Source: Planctomycetota bacterium
GTDB lineage: Bacteria > Planctomycetota > PUPC01 > JACPCR01
Direction: 5' to 3'
DNA: 64,000 nt
Assembly: GCA_016179685.1 (NCBI GenBank)
Contig: JACPCR010000051.1
Span: 70,323 to 134,322, forward strand
Positions 9,373 to 18,345 of the stretch are shown piece after piece (position 1 is the first letter of the stretch; every line of letters begins with the position of its first letter). Below the pieces are notes generated by a model, which was not told the DNA's origin, made no database searches, and saw only the letters and a list, made by a program, of their open reading frames with translations. Position numbers and translations under genes: made by a program.

Positions 9373-10092
9373 ATGGACAGGGATGAGCCGCCCCTTTCTC
9401 ATTCGCCGCTGGCGGTCCAGTATTATGAAAAGATGATGGAGGAGCGGCGTCACATCGGCCGTCCGGAAACGTTCAACGCCGCGGCGCACGTCCTGGCCTG
9501 TCCGGGCCGGAGCACGGACCACATCTATCTATATCTCCACGTGAAGGAGTCGGTGATTGCGGAGGCGCGGTGGCTCTGCCACATGGGCGATCCCTGGATC
9601 ATGATCGCGGGCGACATCGCCTGTGGGCTGCTTCAGGGCCGACGCGTGGAGGAAATCCTCAACCTCTCCCTGGCCGATTTCGAAAGGGTCCTGGGCGGCC
9701 CCGACACCGTCATCGCCCACCATACGGGTGCAGCCGCGCTGGTCGCTTACAAGGCCGGACTGGACTATACTGTGAAGGAAGCGCTGAAATCCGGTCCGGA
9801 GTCCCGCATCAGCCCGCGTGCGTTGATCCAGGAACTGGGCTACGAGGGGCGAGATGGGCAGCTTCGCCTGAAACGGCTGCTCGAAGGTCGTTTCTCGGCG
9901 GAGGGCCTCCAGCTTCCCCGTGCTCGTTTGGAGTCCCTGTGCGCCACGGGCAGCGTCCAGGACCTCAGCACGCTGGTGCAGGACCTCCTGGAGGCTCGAG
10001 CGATCGACCGGATACGAGCGGGCGGGATGGGCTTTCCCCGTTCGTTTGACGAAGCCCGCGGGAAGGCATCGCCCGCCCAGGGCCCCGAATAA
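9373..10092 (+). CDS. IscU/SufU (NifU_N)-like scaffold with a C-terminal ACP-like extension
   Basis: C-x5-D-x-I-x-LYLHV...IAEARW...C...IAGDIACGLLQGRRVEEILNL matches the NifU_N pattern; lies directly downstream of the SufS-like gene. Confidence 0.65.
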   Translation: MDRDEPPLSHSPLAVQYYEKMMEERRHIGRPETFNAAAHVLACPGRSTDHIYLYLHVKESVIAEARWLCHMGDPWIMIAGDIACGLLQGRRVEEILNLSLADFERVLGGPDTVIAHHTGAAALVAYKAGLDYTVKEALKSGPESRISPRALIQELGYEGRDGQLRLKRLLEGRFSAEGLQLPRARLESLCATGSVQDLSTLVQDLLEARAIDRIRAGGMGFPRSFDEARGKASPAQGPE

Positions 10093-10135
10093 ACGATGCC
10101 GCGCCCCCGCGTCTGGCGCATCCCTGGCTTTCCTT

Positions 10136-11053
10136 ATGTCGCGAATCGCCTTTTTCTCCGAATTGCACGGCAACCTGGATGCCCTGGAAGCGGTACTGGG
10201 CGAAATCCGGGGCCAGGAGGATATCCGCCAGCTCTACTGCCTAGGCGATTTCGTCGGCTACGGCCCGAGCCCCAACGAGGTGGTCGAGCGGGTGCAGGCC
10301 TTGCCTGACCAGGGTTACTCGTTGCGGTGCAACATCGGCAATCATGACGCCGCAGCCATCGGACGCTATGAGTTCGTCGACCTCCACGACCCGGCCGAGC
10401 TGGAACGGGTCTGCAAGGCCGGCGGCTTCCCGGGCCAAAAAGACATCCTGAAGGCCTATCGCAACCCGGAGACCCGAAAGTATGTCCCGGTCAAGCCGGA
10501 CGCTCACCGGGCGATGGTCTGGACGATTCAGCAGCTTCGGGAGGGTACCCGGTCGTTCCTGGAGACGCGTCTCGAGAGCCGGATCGAGGTGATGCCGGGC
10601 GTGATCACGGTGCATGCCTCGCCCCGGGACATGATATTCGAATATGTCCGGAACGGGGAGATTGCTCAGAAGTGTTTGGAGTCGCAGGAGATGAATGGAG
10701 TCCAAATTTGTTTTCACGGGCACACGCATGTGCCCGTGACGTGGGTATTGCCGGCGGAGGAACGGATGAGCTACGGAGACAGCGTGATCGTGATGACGGA
10801 GCCGAAGCCGACGTATCGGGAGAAGGTAGAACTGGACCTGGCGGGAAAGCTGTATCTGGTGAACGTGGGGTCTGTGGGCCAGCCGCGGGGTCAGGACTTG
10901 AGGGCATGTTACGTGATTTACGACACGGAGGCCTCGCTGATCGAATTTCGGCGCGTGGCCTATGATTCGGCCCCGACGCGGGCGAAGATTCTGGCGGCGG
11001 GTCTCCCCGATGCTCTGGCGGGCCGGCTGGGCGGCGAGGATACGGACGCTTAG
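10136..11053 (+). CDS. Calcineurin-like metallophosphoesterase
   Basis: SELHGN, CLGDFVGYGP, GNHD, VHASP, GHTHVP, NVGSVGQPR, FRRVAYD. Confidence 0.9.
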   Translation: MSRIAFFSELHGNLDALEAVLGEIRGQEDIRQLYCLGDFVGYGPSPNEVVERVQALPDQGYSLRCNIGNHDAAAIGRYEFVDLHDPAELERVCKAGGFPGQKDILKAYRNPETRKYVPVKPDAHRAMVWTIQQLREGTRSFLETRLESRIEVMPGVITVHASPRDMIFEYVRNGEIAQKCLESQEMNGVQICFHGHTHVPVTWVLPAEERMSYGDSVIVMTEPKPTYREKVELDLAGKLYLVNVGSVGQPRGQDLRACYVIYDTEASLIEFRRVAYDSAPTRAKILAAGLPDALAGRLGGEDTDA

Positions 11054-11259
11054 CGAAGCGCCGCCTCAAACCGAACCGTGTGGTGTGAACGATCAGAACC
11101 GAAATAAGATGCGGCAAGCGCTTCGCCAAAAGGCTCTGCTTCGCAAAGCCGGAGTTTGTAAGGGGATACGGCCCTCTCCCGGCGCCTTTCAGTCTCCCGT
11201 GGAGACTTTGAACCTGGAAACTCGTTCGTCGAAAGTGAAAAAAACACTTCCGCACCCGT

Positions 11260-13818
11260 TTACTTATAGACGGGCGCGTAGCGGTAGTAGGTCTGCAAGC
11301 AGAGCGTGGCGAACGCCGTGGAAGCGACACGGCCGCTGAAGGTGCCCTCGCCGGCCGCGTCCGCCGGCCAGCTTCCCCGGAGGCTGCCTTCCCGTTCCTG
11401 CAGGGCGAGCAACCGCTCCTTGAACCGGGCGTTCCAATCGGTCCATTCTTTTCCGCCCACCTGGAAGAGGACGAGGGTAACGTGATGAACGGCGGAAAGA
11501 TTCTTGAAATCGGGTTCCCACTTGAGCAAGTGCTCGTGCAGGGAGCGCTGGATTTCACGGTCATCCTTCGGGTAGGAGAAGAACTGCCGGCAAAGGACGC
11601 CCAGGGCGGTGGTGGCCGGTGACGCGGCGGTGAGCTCATTTTTTTCGAGGTCGACGCCCGAGGCGGTGCCTCCATCCACTCGGTAGAGATAACGCAGGAA
11701 GTAATCGGCCCGCCGGAGGGTGGCCTCCGGGACCTCGAGGCCCGCTTCGGCCGCGGCGGAGAGCGCCAGGAACTGCCAGGCGCTCGTCCAGGTATCGCAG
11801 CCGGGCCCCGTGGCGGAGAAGCCGCCTTGCTCGCCCTGGTTTTCCACGATGCAGCGTACGGCCCGTTCGGCCGGTGCCCGAACCGATGAGTTGCCCGTCA
11901 TCCCGTAAATCTCGCACAGGGCCAGGGTGGAAACGCCATGGTCGTCCATCGACGATCCCTGGAACTCGAACCGGCCATCCTCGCGCTGGTTCTTGAGCAG
12001 CCACTCTACGGCCCGAGACGCCACGGCCGCATGCTGGCCGGCCTCCGGCGTGTTTCCAGAGGCAAGGAAGGAGAGGAGGGCGAGGCTCGTGACGCCCAGG
12101 GCGTGGTTCGAAGCCGTTCCGGCCGGCTTCGTTCCGGGTGCGGCGTGCTTTGCCGGGTCCCAGAACCCGGCGGGCTCCTGAGCCATGGCCAGCCACTGGT
12201 GGGCGTCGGCGGCCGCGGCCAACGTGCCTTCGCCACCCAGTTGACGGGTGGCGAAGCTCTGGCCAATGGCGGTACGCATCCGATATTCGTCGCCCCGGAT
12301 CACCTTATTGCGGCTCTTGTAGAACCACATTCTCCAGAGGCCGACCGCATCGGCCTGCTCTTCAGGGGGCCTTCGGGGATCGAAGGCGATATTTTCCGTG
12401 CTGAGCTGCCTGAGGGCACGGTCGGAGGCCTCACGCACGGCGGCGTCGGCGTGCGCGAGGCCGAGGATGAGGGCCGGGATGGCCGATTCATCGCCGCATC
12501 GGCCGATCGAGGCGGCTGCCGCGGCGCGGACCTTGGCGGAAGAGTCCTGCTGGAGGCTTTCGGCCAGGGCCTGGACGGACCGGGCGCTGCCGAGTCGGCC
12601 CAACTGCGTGGCCGCCCACAGCCGCACCTCCTCATTCTCGTCCTTGAGCGCTTCGCGGAGCGGATCGAGGCAGAGCCGGTGCTCCAGCTTGACCAGGTCC
12701 TGGACCGCTCGTTTGCGCGTCGTCAGATTCTTGTTCTTGAGCTGCTGGCGCAGGCCCGTGAGCTTTTGTTCCAGGGCGCTGAGTATCTGCCGGCGAAACT
12801 CCGCTCCGGCCTGCGCCGTCCGGGCCAGTTCCTCCTCGTCGCGCTGGGCAGGCGGGGGCGGCGCGGCGATTTCGGCGGCCACCGGGGGCGGCAACTCGTC
12901 CGGGGGAGGCTCGAGATTCTCGATGGCGATCGAGGGTGGCCACTCATCGGGCGCAGGGTCCTCCGGCTGCACGCTGGTGGTGGTCGAGGTGCTGCCTACC
13001 GAGGCCGTCGTTCCCGTGCCGGGGTCCGCAGCCGTCCCGGAGGCGGCTGGCGGCGTCTCGGTCCCGGCCTTCGAGGAAAAGAGGAAGAACCAGAGGCCGA
13101 GCCCGCCGAGGCCAAGCAAGAGGGCGGCAGAAGCAGAAGCCAGCAGGATGAGTTTTCGCCTTTTTATCTTTTTCTGTCCCAGGGCTGAGGCCATGATCGC
13201 ACGGCACTGGGAGCACAGGACGCCGGTGCCGGGCATATCCTGGAGGCAGGCCTTGCAGAAGGAGCGCTGGCATTGCGGGCACTTCTCCGTGGCCGGGCTT
13301 TCAGGGTGCTGCGGGCAGGGTCCCCCGGATCCTTGTCCCGCCGTCGCCGAGGAGTCGGGGGCTGCGGGCTTCGAATCCCCCTCGAGCTGAAGACTCAGGT
13401 TATCCAGCTTCTGGCTCAACGCGGCCGATGCGGAGGCCGCATCCACGACGGCATCCGGAGCGGGGTCTCCGCCGGGAGCGTGTTCGGGCGGAGGCAGTTC
13501 GAGCGAGGCGCCTTCGAGGGGCGCCTCTTCGAGGGGCGGCGCATCGAGGGAAGGCTCCTCGAGGCCCGGCGGCACATCGAGGGAAGGCTCCTCGAGGCCC
13601 GGCGGCGGCTGGGGAGCGGCCTCCGGCGCTCCCGTTCCCGCGGCCGGGGCCGGCGAGCCCGGTCCCTTTCCGGCCGCGGTGTCAGCCGCGGGGCCGCGCG
13701 GCAGCGACGCGGGAATCTGGAGAGTGGCTCCACACTGGCCGCAGCGCACCTTCTTACCCAGCAGACCTGCGTGGATGGGAAGTTTCTTGCCGCAGCGGCA
13801 AGTAATCAACATGGCCAT
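11260..13818 (-). CDS. Membrane-anchored protein: Zn-ribbon, Pro-rich linker, B-box-like Zn finger, TM, HEAT repeats, prenyltransferase/squalene-oxidase repeat domain
   Basis: CRCGK...CGQCG; CPQHPE...CPQCQRSFCKAC...CSQC; one TM; EVRxxAAxxLG HEAT repeats; WLxxxQxxDGxF (QW-type) repeats; GRVASTAFATLCLQTYYRY. Confidence 0.8.
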   Translation of the reverse strand: MAMLITCRCGKKLPIHAGLLGKKVRCGQCGATLQIPASLPRGPAADTAAGKGPGSPAPAAGTGAPEAAPQPPPGLEEPSLDVPPGLEEPSLDAPPLEEAPLEGASLELPPPEHAPGGDPAPDAVVDAASASAALSQKLDNLSLQLEGDSKPAAPDSSATAGQGSGGPCPQHPESPATEKCPQCQRSFCKACLQDMPGTGVLCSQCRAIMASALGQKKIKRRKLILLASASAALLLGLGGLGLWFFLFSSKAGTETPPAASGTAADPGTGTTASVGSTSTTTSVQPEDPAPDEWPPSIAIENLEPPPDELPPPVAAEIAAPPPPAQRDEEELARTAQAGAEFRRQILSALEQKLTGLRQQLKNKNLTTRKRAVQDLVKLEHRLCLDPLREALKDENEEVRLWAATQLGRLGSARSVQALAESLQQDSSAKVRAAAAASIGRCGDESAIPALILGLAHADAAVREASDRALRQLSTENIAFDPRRPPEEQADAVGLWRMWFYKSRNKVIRGDEYRMRTAIGQSFATRQLGGEGTLAAAADAHQWLAMAQEPAGFWDPAKHAAPGTKPAGTASNHALGVTSLALLSFLASGNTPEAGQHAAVASRAVEWLLKNQREDGRFEFQGSSMDDHGVSTLALCEIYGMTGNSSVRAPAERAVRCIVENQGEQGGFSATGPGCDTWTSAWQFLALSAAAEAGLEVPEATLRRADYFLRYLYRVDGGTASGVDLEKNELTAASPATTALGVLCRQFFSYPKDDREIQRSLHEHLLKWEPDFKNLSAVHHVTLVLFQVGGKEWTDWNARFKERLLALQEREGSLRGSWPADAAGEGTFSGRVASTAFATLCLQTYYRYAPVYK
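13542..13606. repeat. 33-bp tandem direct repeat (x2) encoding PPGLEEPSLD(V/A)
   Basis: catcgagggaaggctcctcgaggcccggcggc at 13542 and 13575. Confidence 0.9.
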
Positions 13819-13982
13819 GGTAGGACGTATTATAAGGCGCGAAGCACCTGCCTCAAACCGTCAAGCGTTGTTCCCGATTCAACGTGCTTTCGTGCCCCAA
13901 ATTTTTCCACCTCGGTACGGGAAGTTCCTATAATGTGGACTCGAATCGTCTCCCCTCATCCTTATTCCCACGACTTTTTTTC

Positions 13983-15146
13983 ATGGAACAATCATTCTGT
14001 CGAAAGTGGTCGTGCGTCTTCTGTTGCCGGAAGCCGCTTCCGGGCCTGCTCCTGGTCATCGTTGCACTTGGAGGCGCAGTGCTCGCCGGCGCGTGGACAC
14101 CCGCGTCCGGGTCCGAACGTGAGGCTGGGAAGCTCCTCCCGGCGGGGGGCACGGGGACAGCACCTTCGTCCCCCGTCCAGCCGGACTACATCCTGCTGGA
14201 CGAGGTCCAGGCGGCATTCAGCCTGGACCTCGAGGTGGACCCGGTCACGAGGGTCCATCGGTTGCGGAGCGGCCTCATGGAGGTCTCTTTGTGTCCGGGG
14301 ATGGCGCACATCCTGGTGGACCAGACTCTTCAGCGGCTGCCGATGCCGGTCCTCTGTGTCGATGGGAAGACGCTGGTGCCTGGGGAACTGGCGCGCCTCA
14401 TGCGGGGTCGTATGGCGCCGGCCAAGCCGAGCGTGCCGACCCTGCCCCGGCCCCAGGCTTTCGCGCCCGAGCCAAGAATCCAACGGGTCGTGGTGATCGA
14501 CGCGGGGCACGGAGGGAAGGACCCTGGCGCCATCAGCAGCAGGGGACTTCAGGAAAAAGAAGTCACTCTGGGCGTGGTGGAGCGGCTCGGCCGCATGCTG
14601 GAGGCGCGGGGACACCGTGTCATCCTGACGCGTTCCCGCGATCACTATTTGACCCTGAAGGAGCGGGTGGAGCTCTGCCAGCGGGAGCAGCCGGATCTTT
14701 TTGTCTCGATTCACATCAATTCGAGCCCGAATCGTTCTGCGGCGGGCTTTGAGACCTATTTCAGCGCGGCGCGCCTGGTTCTGGGTGCCGACGGGGACTC
14801 GGCCCCGAAGATGGGCGACCTGGACCGGCGTCTGGGGGATGCCTGTGCCCGACTCTCCAAGGAGGACCGGGAGTTTCTTTACTCTCTTACTTTTGCCGAG
14901 TTTCAGGCCGAGGGTGAAAGGCTGGCCCGTGCGATCCAGGCGTCGTTGTCTTCATCGTTGTCCGCCCGGCTGGATCGCGGCGTGAAGCCGGGCCGTTGGT
15001 ATGTCGTGCGCTGGTCTCAGGCCCCGGCCGTGCTGGTCGAGCTGGGGTTTCTCTCTCATGCAGCCACGGAAAGCCAGATGAAGACGGACGCCTATCGGGA
15101 GCAGCTCGCCCAGGCCCTCCTCCGAGGGATCGAAAGCTACTTTTAA
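13983..15146 (+). CDS. N-acetylmuramoyl-L-alanine amidase (Amidase_3)
   Basis: VVIDAGHGGKDPGA, QEKEVTL, LTRSRD, FVSIHINS, PAVLVELGFLS; N-terminal hydrophobic segment; TATAAT at 13929-13934. Confidence 0.92.
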   Translation: MEQSFCRKWSCVFCCRKPLPGLLLVIVALGGAVLAGAWTPASGSEREAGKLLPAGGTGTAPSSPVQPDYILLDEVQAAFSLDLEVDPVTRVHRLRSGLMEVSLCPGMAHILVDQTLQRLPMPVLCVDGKTLVPGELARLMRGRMAPAKPSVPTLPRPQAFAPEPRIQRVVVIDAGHGGKDPGAISSRGLQEKEVTLGVVERLGRMLEARGHRVILTRSRDHYLTLKERVELCQREQPDLFVSIHINSSPNRSAAGFETYFSAARLVLGADGDSAPKMGDLDRRLGDACARLSKEDREFLYSLTFAEFQAEGERLARAIQASLSSSLSARLDRGVKPGRWYVVRWSQAPAVLVELGFLSHAATESQMKTDAYREQLAQALLRGIESYF

Positions 15147-16120
15147 TGGAATATCTTTTTGCTTTTCTTTTCGGGGCCGTGGTGGGAAGCTTTGCGAATG
15201 TCTGCATCTATCGCTTGCCCCGCGACATTTCCCTCTATCAGCCCCGATCCCGTTGCTCCTTCTGCGGTCAGCCGATCGTCTGGTACGACAACATTCCTCT
15301 GCTGAGCTTCCTGGCGCTCCGCGGCAAGTGCCGCTCCTGCCAGAGCTTCATCTCCTTCCGTTATCCTTTCGTCGAATTTCTCGTCGCCGCGCTCTTCGTC
15401 CTCTGTTACCTGCGAATCGTCGCGGCCGCGCCCGGCTACCCGCCGATCACGGACCCGGATTTTGTGGTCCGCTTCTGGTTCCGGCATCCGGACGCGGTCT
15501 CGGCCTGCGTGATTGGCTGCTTTTTCCTGGCGGCGCTGGTCGTGGCGACCTTCATTGACCTGGAATACCAGATCATTCCCGACAGCATCACGCTCGGGGG
15601 TCTCGCCGCGGCGCTGATCCTCAGCGCCCTGTTCCCCTGGTGGCATCGGCCCGCCGACGTCCTTCTCGATGACGTGCTGCTCGCCGGCCGGATTCCGGGG
15701 CTGGGCTGGCTGGCCGGCCTGAGGGCGGCGCTGGACTGGATCGGCAGCGAATGGTCTCCGCATGCCCGGGGCCTGTTGAGCTCGCTGCTGGGCGCAGCCG
15801 TGGGCTCCGCTTCGGTCTGGATCACCGGATTCCTGGGCAAGTGGCTGTTCCGCAAGGAGGCCATGGGCTTCGGCGACGTCAAGTTCAATGCCATGATCGG
15901 GGCCCTCCTCGGCTGGAAGGTGGCCATCGGCACGCTCCTCCTCGGCGCCGTGTTCGGGGCCGTCGGCGGCGTCGCCGTTCTGATCCGGACCCGCCAGTCC
16001 CGGATGCCCTTCGGGCCCTTTCTTTCGCTCGCCGCGGGGCTCTTCCTCCTCTTCCCCCAAGAACTGTTCCTGCTCCCTGAATGGTGGTCCGGCTGGGTCA
16101 ACCGAATGCTGTGGGAATAG
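15146..16120 (+). CDS. pilD: Prepilin peptidase (A24A)
   Basis: GSFANVCIYRLP, SRCSFC...NIPLLSFLALRGKCRSC, IDLEYQIIPD, MGFGDVK, PFGPFL; ATG overlaps the amidase stop. Confidence 0.92.
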   Translation: MEYLFAFLFGAVVGSFANVCIYRLPRDISLYQPRSRCSFCGQPIVWYDNIPLLSFLALRGKCRSCQSFISFRYPFVEFLVAALFVLCYLRIVAAAPGYPPITDPDFVVRFWFRHPDAVSACVIGCFFLAALVVATFIDLEYQIIPDSITLGGLAAALILSALFPWWHRPADVLLDDVLLAGRIPGLGWLAGLRAALDWIGSEWSPHARGLLSSLLGAAVGSASVWITGFLGKWLFRKEAMGFGDVKFNAMIGALLGWKVAIGTLLLGAVFGAVGGVAVLIRTRQSRMPFGPFLSLAAGLFLLFPQELFLLPEWWSGWVNRMLWE

Positions 16121-16196
16121 GCGGCCGAGTCCAGGGCTCGGACCCGTCTCGGATATACACGGAAGTGCAGGTGCGCTTCCGTTCCTCGAACCTCGC

Positions 16197-16226
16197 TTGA
16201 CAAGATTCCTGGCTTTCCTTCACAAT
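16197..16226 (+). promoter_or_regulatory. Putative sigma70 promoter
   Basis: TTGACA-N18-CACAAT about 95 nt upstream of the ORF at 16320. Confidence 0.4.
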
Positions 16227-16319
16227 GCGGGCGCACTTCTGAACCGGGATACTCGTTCGGGATGTCCAAGGGGGATTTCGGGTCGAGAAGCTCCTCCAAT
16301 CTCGGTGTAGCGAGCGTTG

Positions 16320-18290
16320 ATGGACCTGATCAAGGGCGGTGAAGCGAGGGCATTCGTCACGGTGCACCTGGGCGGTGAGCCGGCCGTGCAAGCTGCCCAA
16401 TTTTTCATCCGGAAGTTCCAGGAGAAGTCCGGGGTCAAGCTGGAACTGAGGCGCGCGGTGGGATTCGACGACATCACGCGGTGCTTGCAGGTCAGCCTGT
16501 CCCTCTCGAGCGTGGACGGGCCAGGGGACAAAGCTTGGAACACGCCGGGCATGCAGGGACGGCAGACGATTCCAGCGGACGGTTTCGCGGCGGACGTGGC
16601 GCGGGTCGGGAAGGATGTCGGGGTGGTGCTCTCGGCGCCGAGCGTCGGGTGCATGATCATGGCGATGGGCCAGCTCCTGCGGGGCATCGAGTTCGGCCGC
16701 CAGGAGGCCCGGATCGTCGCGTTGCCCCCGCGGGCCTTTCAGCCCGAGAAGGCGGTACGGGGCGTCATCCTCGCGCTTCCACCCGGCGGCGAGTACGCCG
16801 TGTGGCCGGACGCGGAACTGCGCGCCCTGTTCGAGGATTGGGCCTTCTGGGGCATCAACACGATCCTGACCCGCTACGACATGCACGCCTTCCGGAGCGA
16901 TTTCCGATCGGACCCGGAGGGATCTGGCAGTCAACTGCTGCGGCGTCACCAGGCGATGGCCCGGATGGCCCGGGACCTCGGAATGAAATTCGGGCTCGTG
17001 ACCGTGGCGAACAATGCCTATCTCGACCGCGTCATGGTCAACCTTCGGGCGCACGATAGCCGGACGGACCCCCGCCGGGGAGGCAGTCCGGCGCTCTTGT
17101 GTCCCTCGGCCCACGAGGGCCGGGCGTTTCTGCTGCAGGATCGGGAAGAAGTTTTCCAGGAGATGGAGGCGCTGGACTTGCTGTGGTTATGGCCGCTGGA
17201 CCCCGGCGGTTGCTGGTGCGAGCGGTGTCAGCCCTGGGTGAAGACCTTTCTGGGGCTGTCGCAGGAGATTGCGCGGACGATGAAGCGATATCATTCGAAA
17301 GCGAAGGCGTACGTCGCCACGCGGTGGTTTCTGCCCGGCGAGTTCGACATTCTGGAGGAATATCTGGCCACGGAGCCCGACTGGCTGGACGGGATCGTTC
17401 TGGACGAAGCGGACCTGAAGCGGCACTTCCGGAATGTGGCGGACCTGAAGCGGCTGGCCGCGCGGTTCTCTGAGAAATGCCCCATCCTCTTCAGTCCGGA
17501 TATTTCGCTGTCCCCGTTCCAGGCGGGTGATCGGATGTGCTTCGAGCGCGGCCGCCTGGGCGCGAGCCCCCGCATCCGGGGCATGCATCGGCAGATCACT
17601 CATCTCGCGCCGTTTCTGTCGGGAGTAGCCCCCCAGAGCGAGACTGTCGGGGACGACCTGACGAAAGTGGCCTATGCGCAATGGAGCTCGCGGCTCGGAG
17701 AGCGGCCCGAAGAGGTTGTCCGAGACTATTGGCGGTGGCATTTCGACAGGGACACGGACCCGGGGTACGAGCTGGTGTCCCGCCTCGAGGAGAACGCGGC
17801 TCATCTGAGCGAGGCGGGCCTGGCCCGCGAGGTCAAAGCCCTGACGCAGGCGCAGAAGAGGCTGCTCGCTCCGGTCCGCGAGCAATGGCGGTGGCGGGTC
17901 TTTGCCGCGCGGGTGGAGTTGGACACGCTGCTGGCCGGGATCGGCTTCTCGGCCGAGGATTTTGCCCAAGCGGCCAGCCGACTGCGCAGGGCCGCTCGGG
18001 CCCGCACCCGGGCGGGCATGCTCCGATCGGCCCAGGAGGTCGCCCGGGCTCTCCGCGAGCGCGAGAAGCGCGTGGAAAATTTCGCCCGCGCGGCCGAGTC
18101 GCTCCAGACCCGGGTCTATCGCATCGGGCCCGAGCGGACGGCCTCGGCTCGTGGGCTTCAGCTTGCGGAAGACTGCGGCCGAGGTCCCGGCCGTTCCTGG
18201 ATTCGCCGCATCGAGCAGGCATTCAGGGAGAAGACGCTGGCGGGCCTCAAGGCTGCGCTACTCGCCACGGCCCGGGAGATGTGCCCCTAA
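16320..18290 (+). CDS. Hypothetical protein, possibly glycoside-hydrolase-like (GH20-domain-2-like N-terminus + TIM barrel)
   Basis: 657-aa ORF with ED(W)AFWGINT, LLCPS and WPLDPGGCWCERCQPW motifs typical of uncharacterised GH-like proteins. Confidence 0.5.
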   Translation: MDLIKGGEARAFVTVHLGGEPAVQAAQFFIRKFQEKSGVKLELRRAVGFDDITRCLQVSLSLSSVDGPGDKAWNTPGMQGRQTIPADGFAADVARVGKDVGVVLSAPSVGCMIMAMGQLLRGIEFGRQEARIVALPPRAFQPEKAVRGVILALPPGGEYAVWPDAELRALFEDWAFWGINTILTRYDMHAFRSDFRSDPEGSGSQLLRRHQAMARMARDLGMKFGLVTVANNAYLDRVMVNLRAHDSRTDPRRGGSPALLCPSAHEGRAFLLQDREEVFQEMEALDLLWLWPLDPGGCWCERCQPWVKTFLGLSQEIARTMKRYHSKAKAYVATRWFLPGEFDILEEYLATEPDWLDGIVLDEADLKRHFRNVADLKRLAARFSEKCPILFSPDISLSPFQAGDRMCFERGRLGASPRIRGMHRQITHLAPFLSGVAPQSETVGDDLTKVAYAQWSSRLGERPEEVVRDYWRWHFDRDTDPGYELVSRLEENAAHLSEAGLAREVKALTQAQKRLLAPVREQWRWRVFAARVELDTLLAGIGFSAEDFAQAASRLRRAARARTRAGMLRSAQEVARALREREKRVENFARAAESLQTRVYRIGPERTASARGLQLAEDCGRGPGRSWIRRIEQAFREKTLAGLKAALLATAREMCP

Positions 18291-18345
18291 TTTCCCAGTT
18301 CAGAAGTGCACCAGCATTTCTGAAAATGTGCCGAGCGCGGATGGA

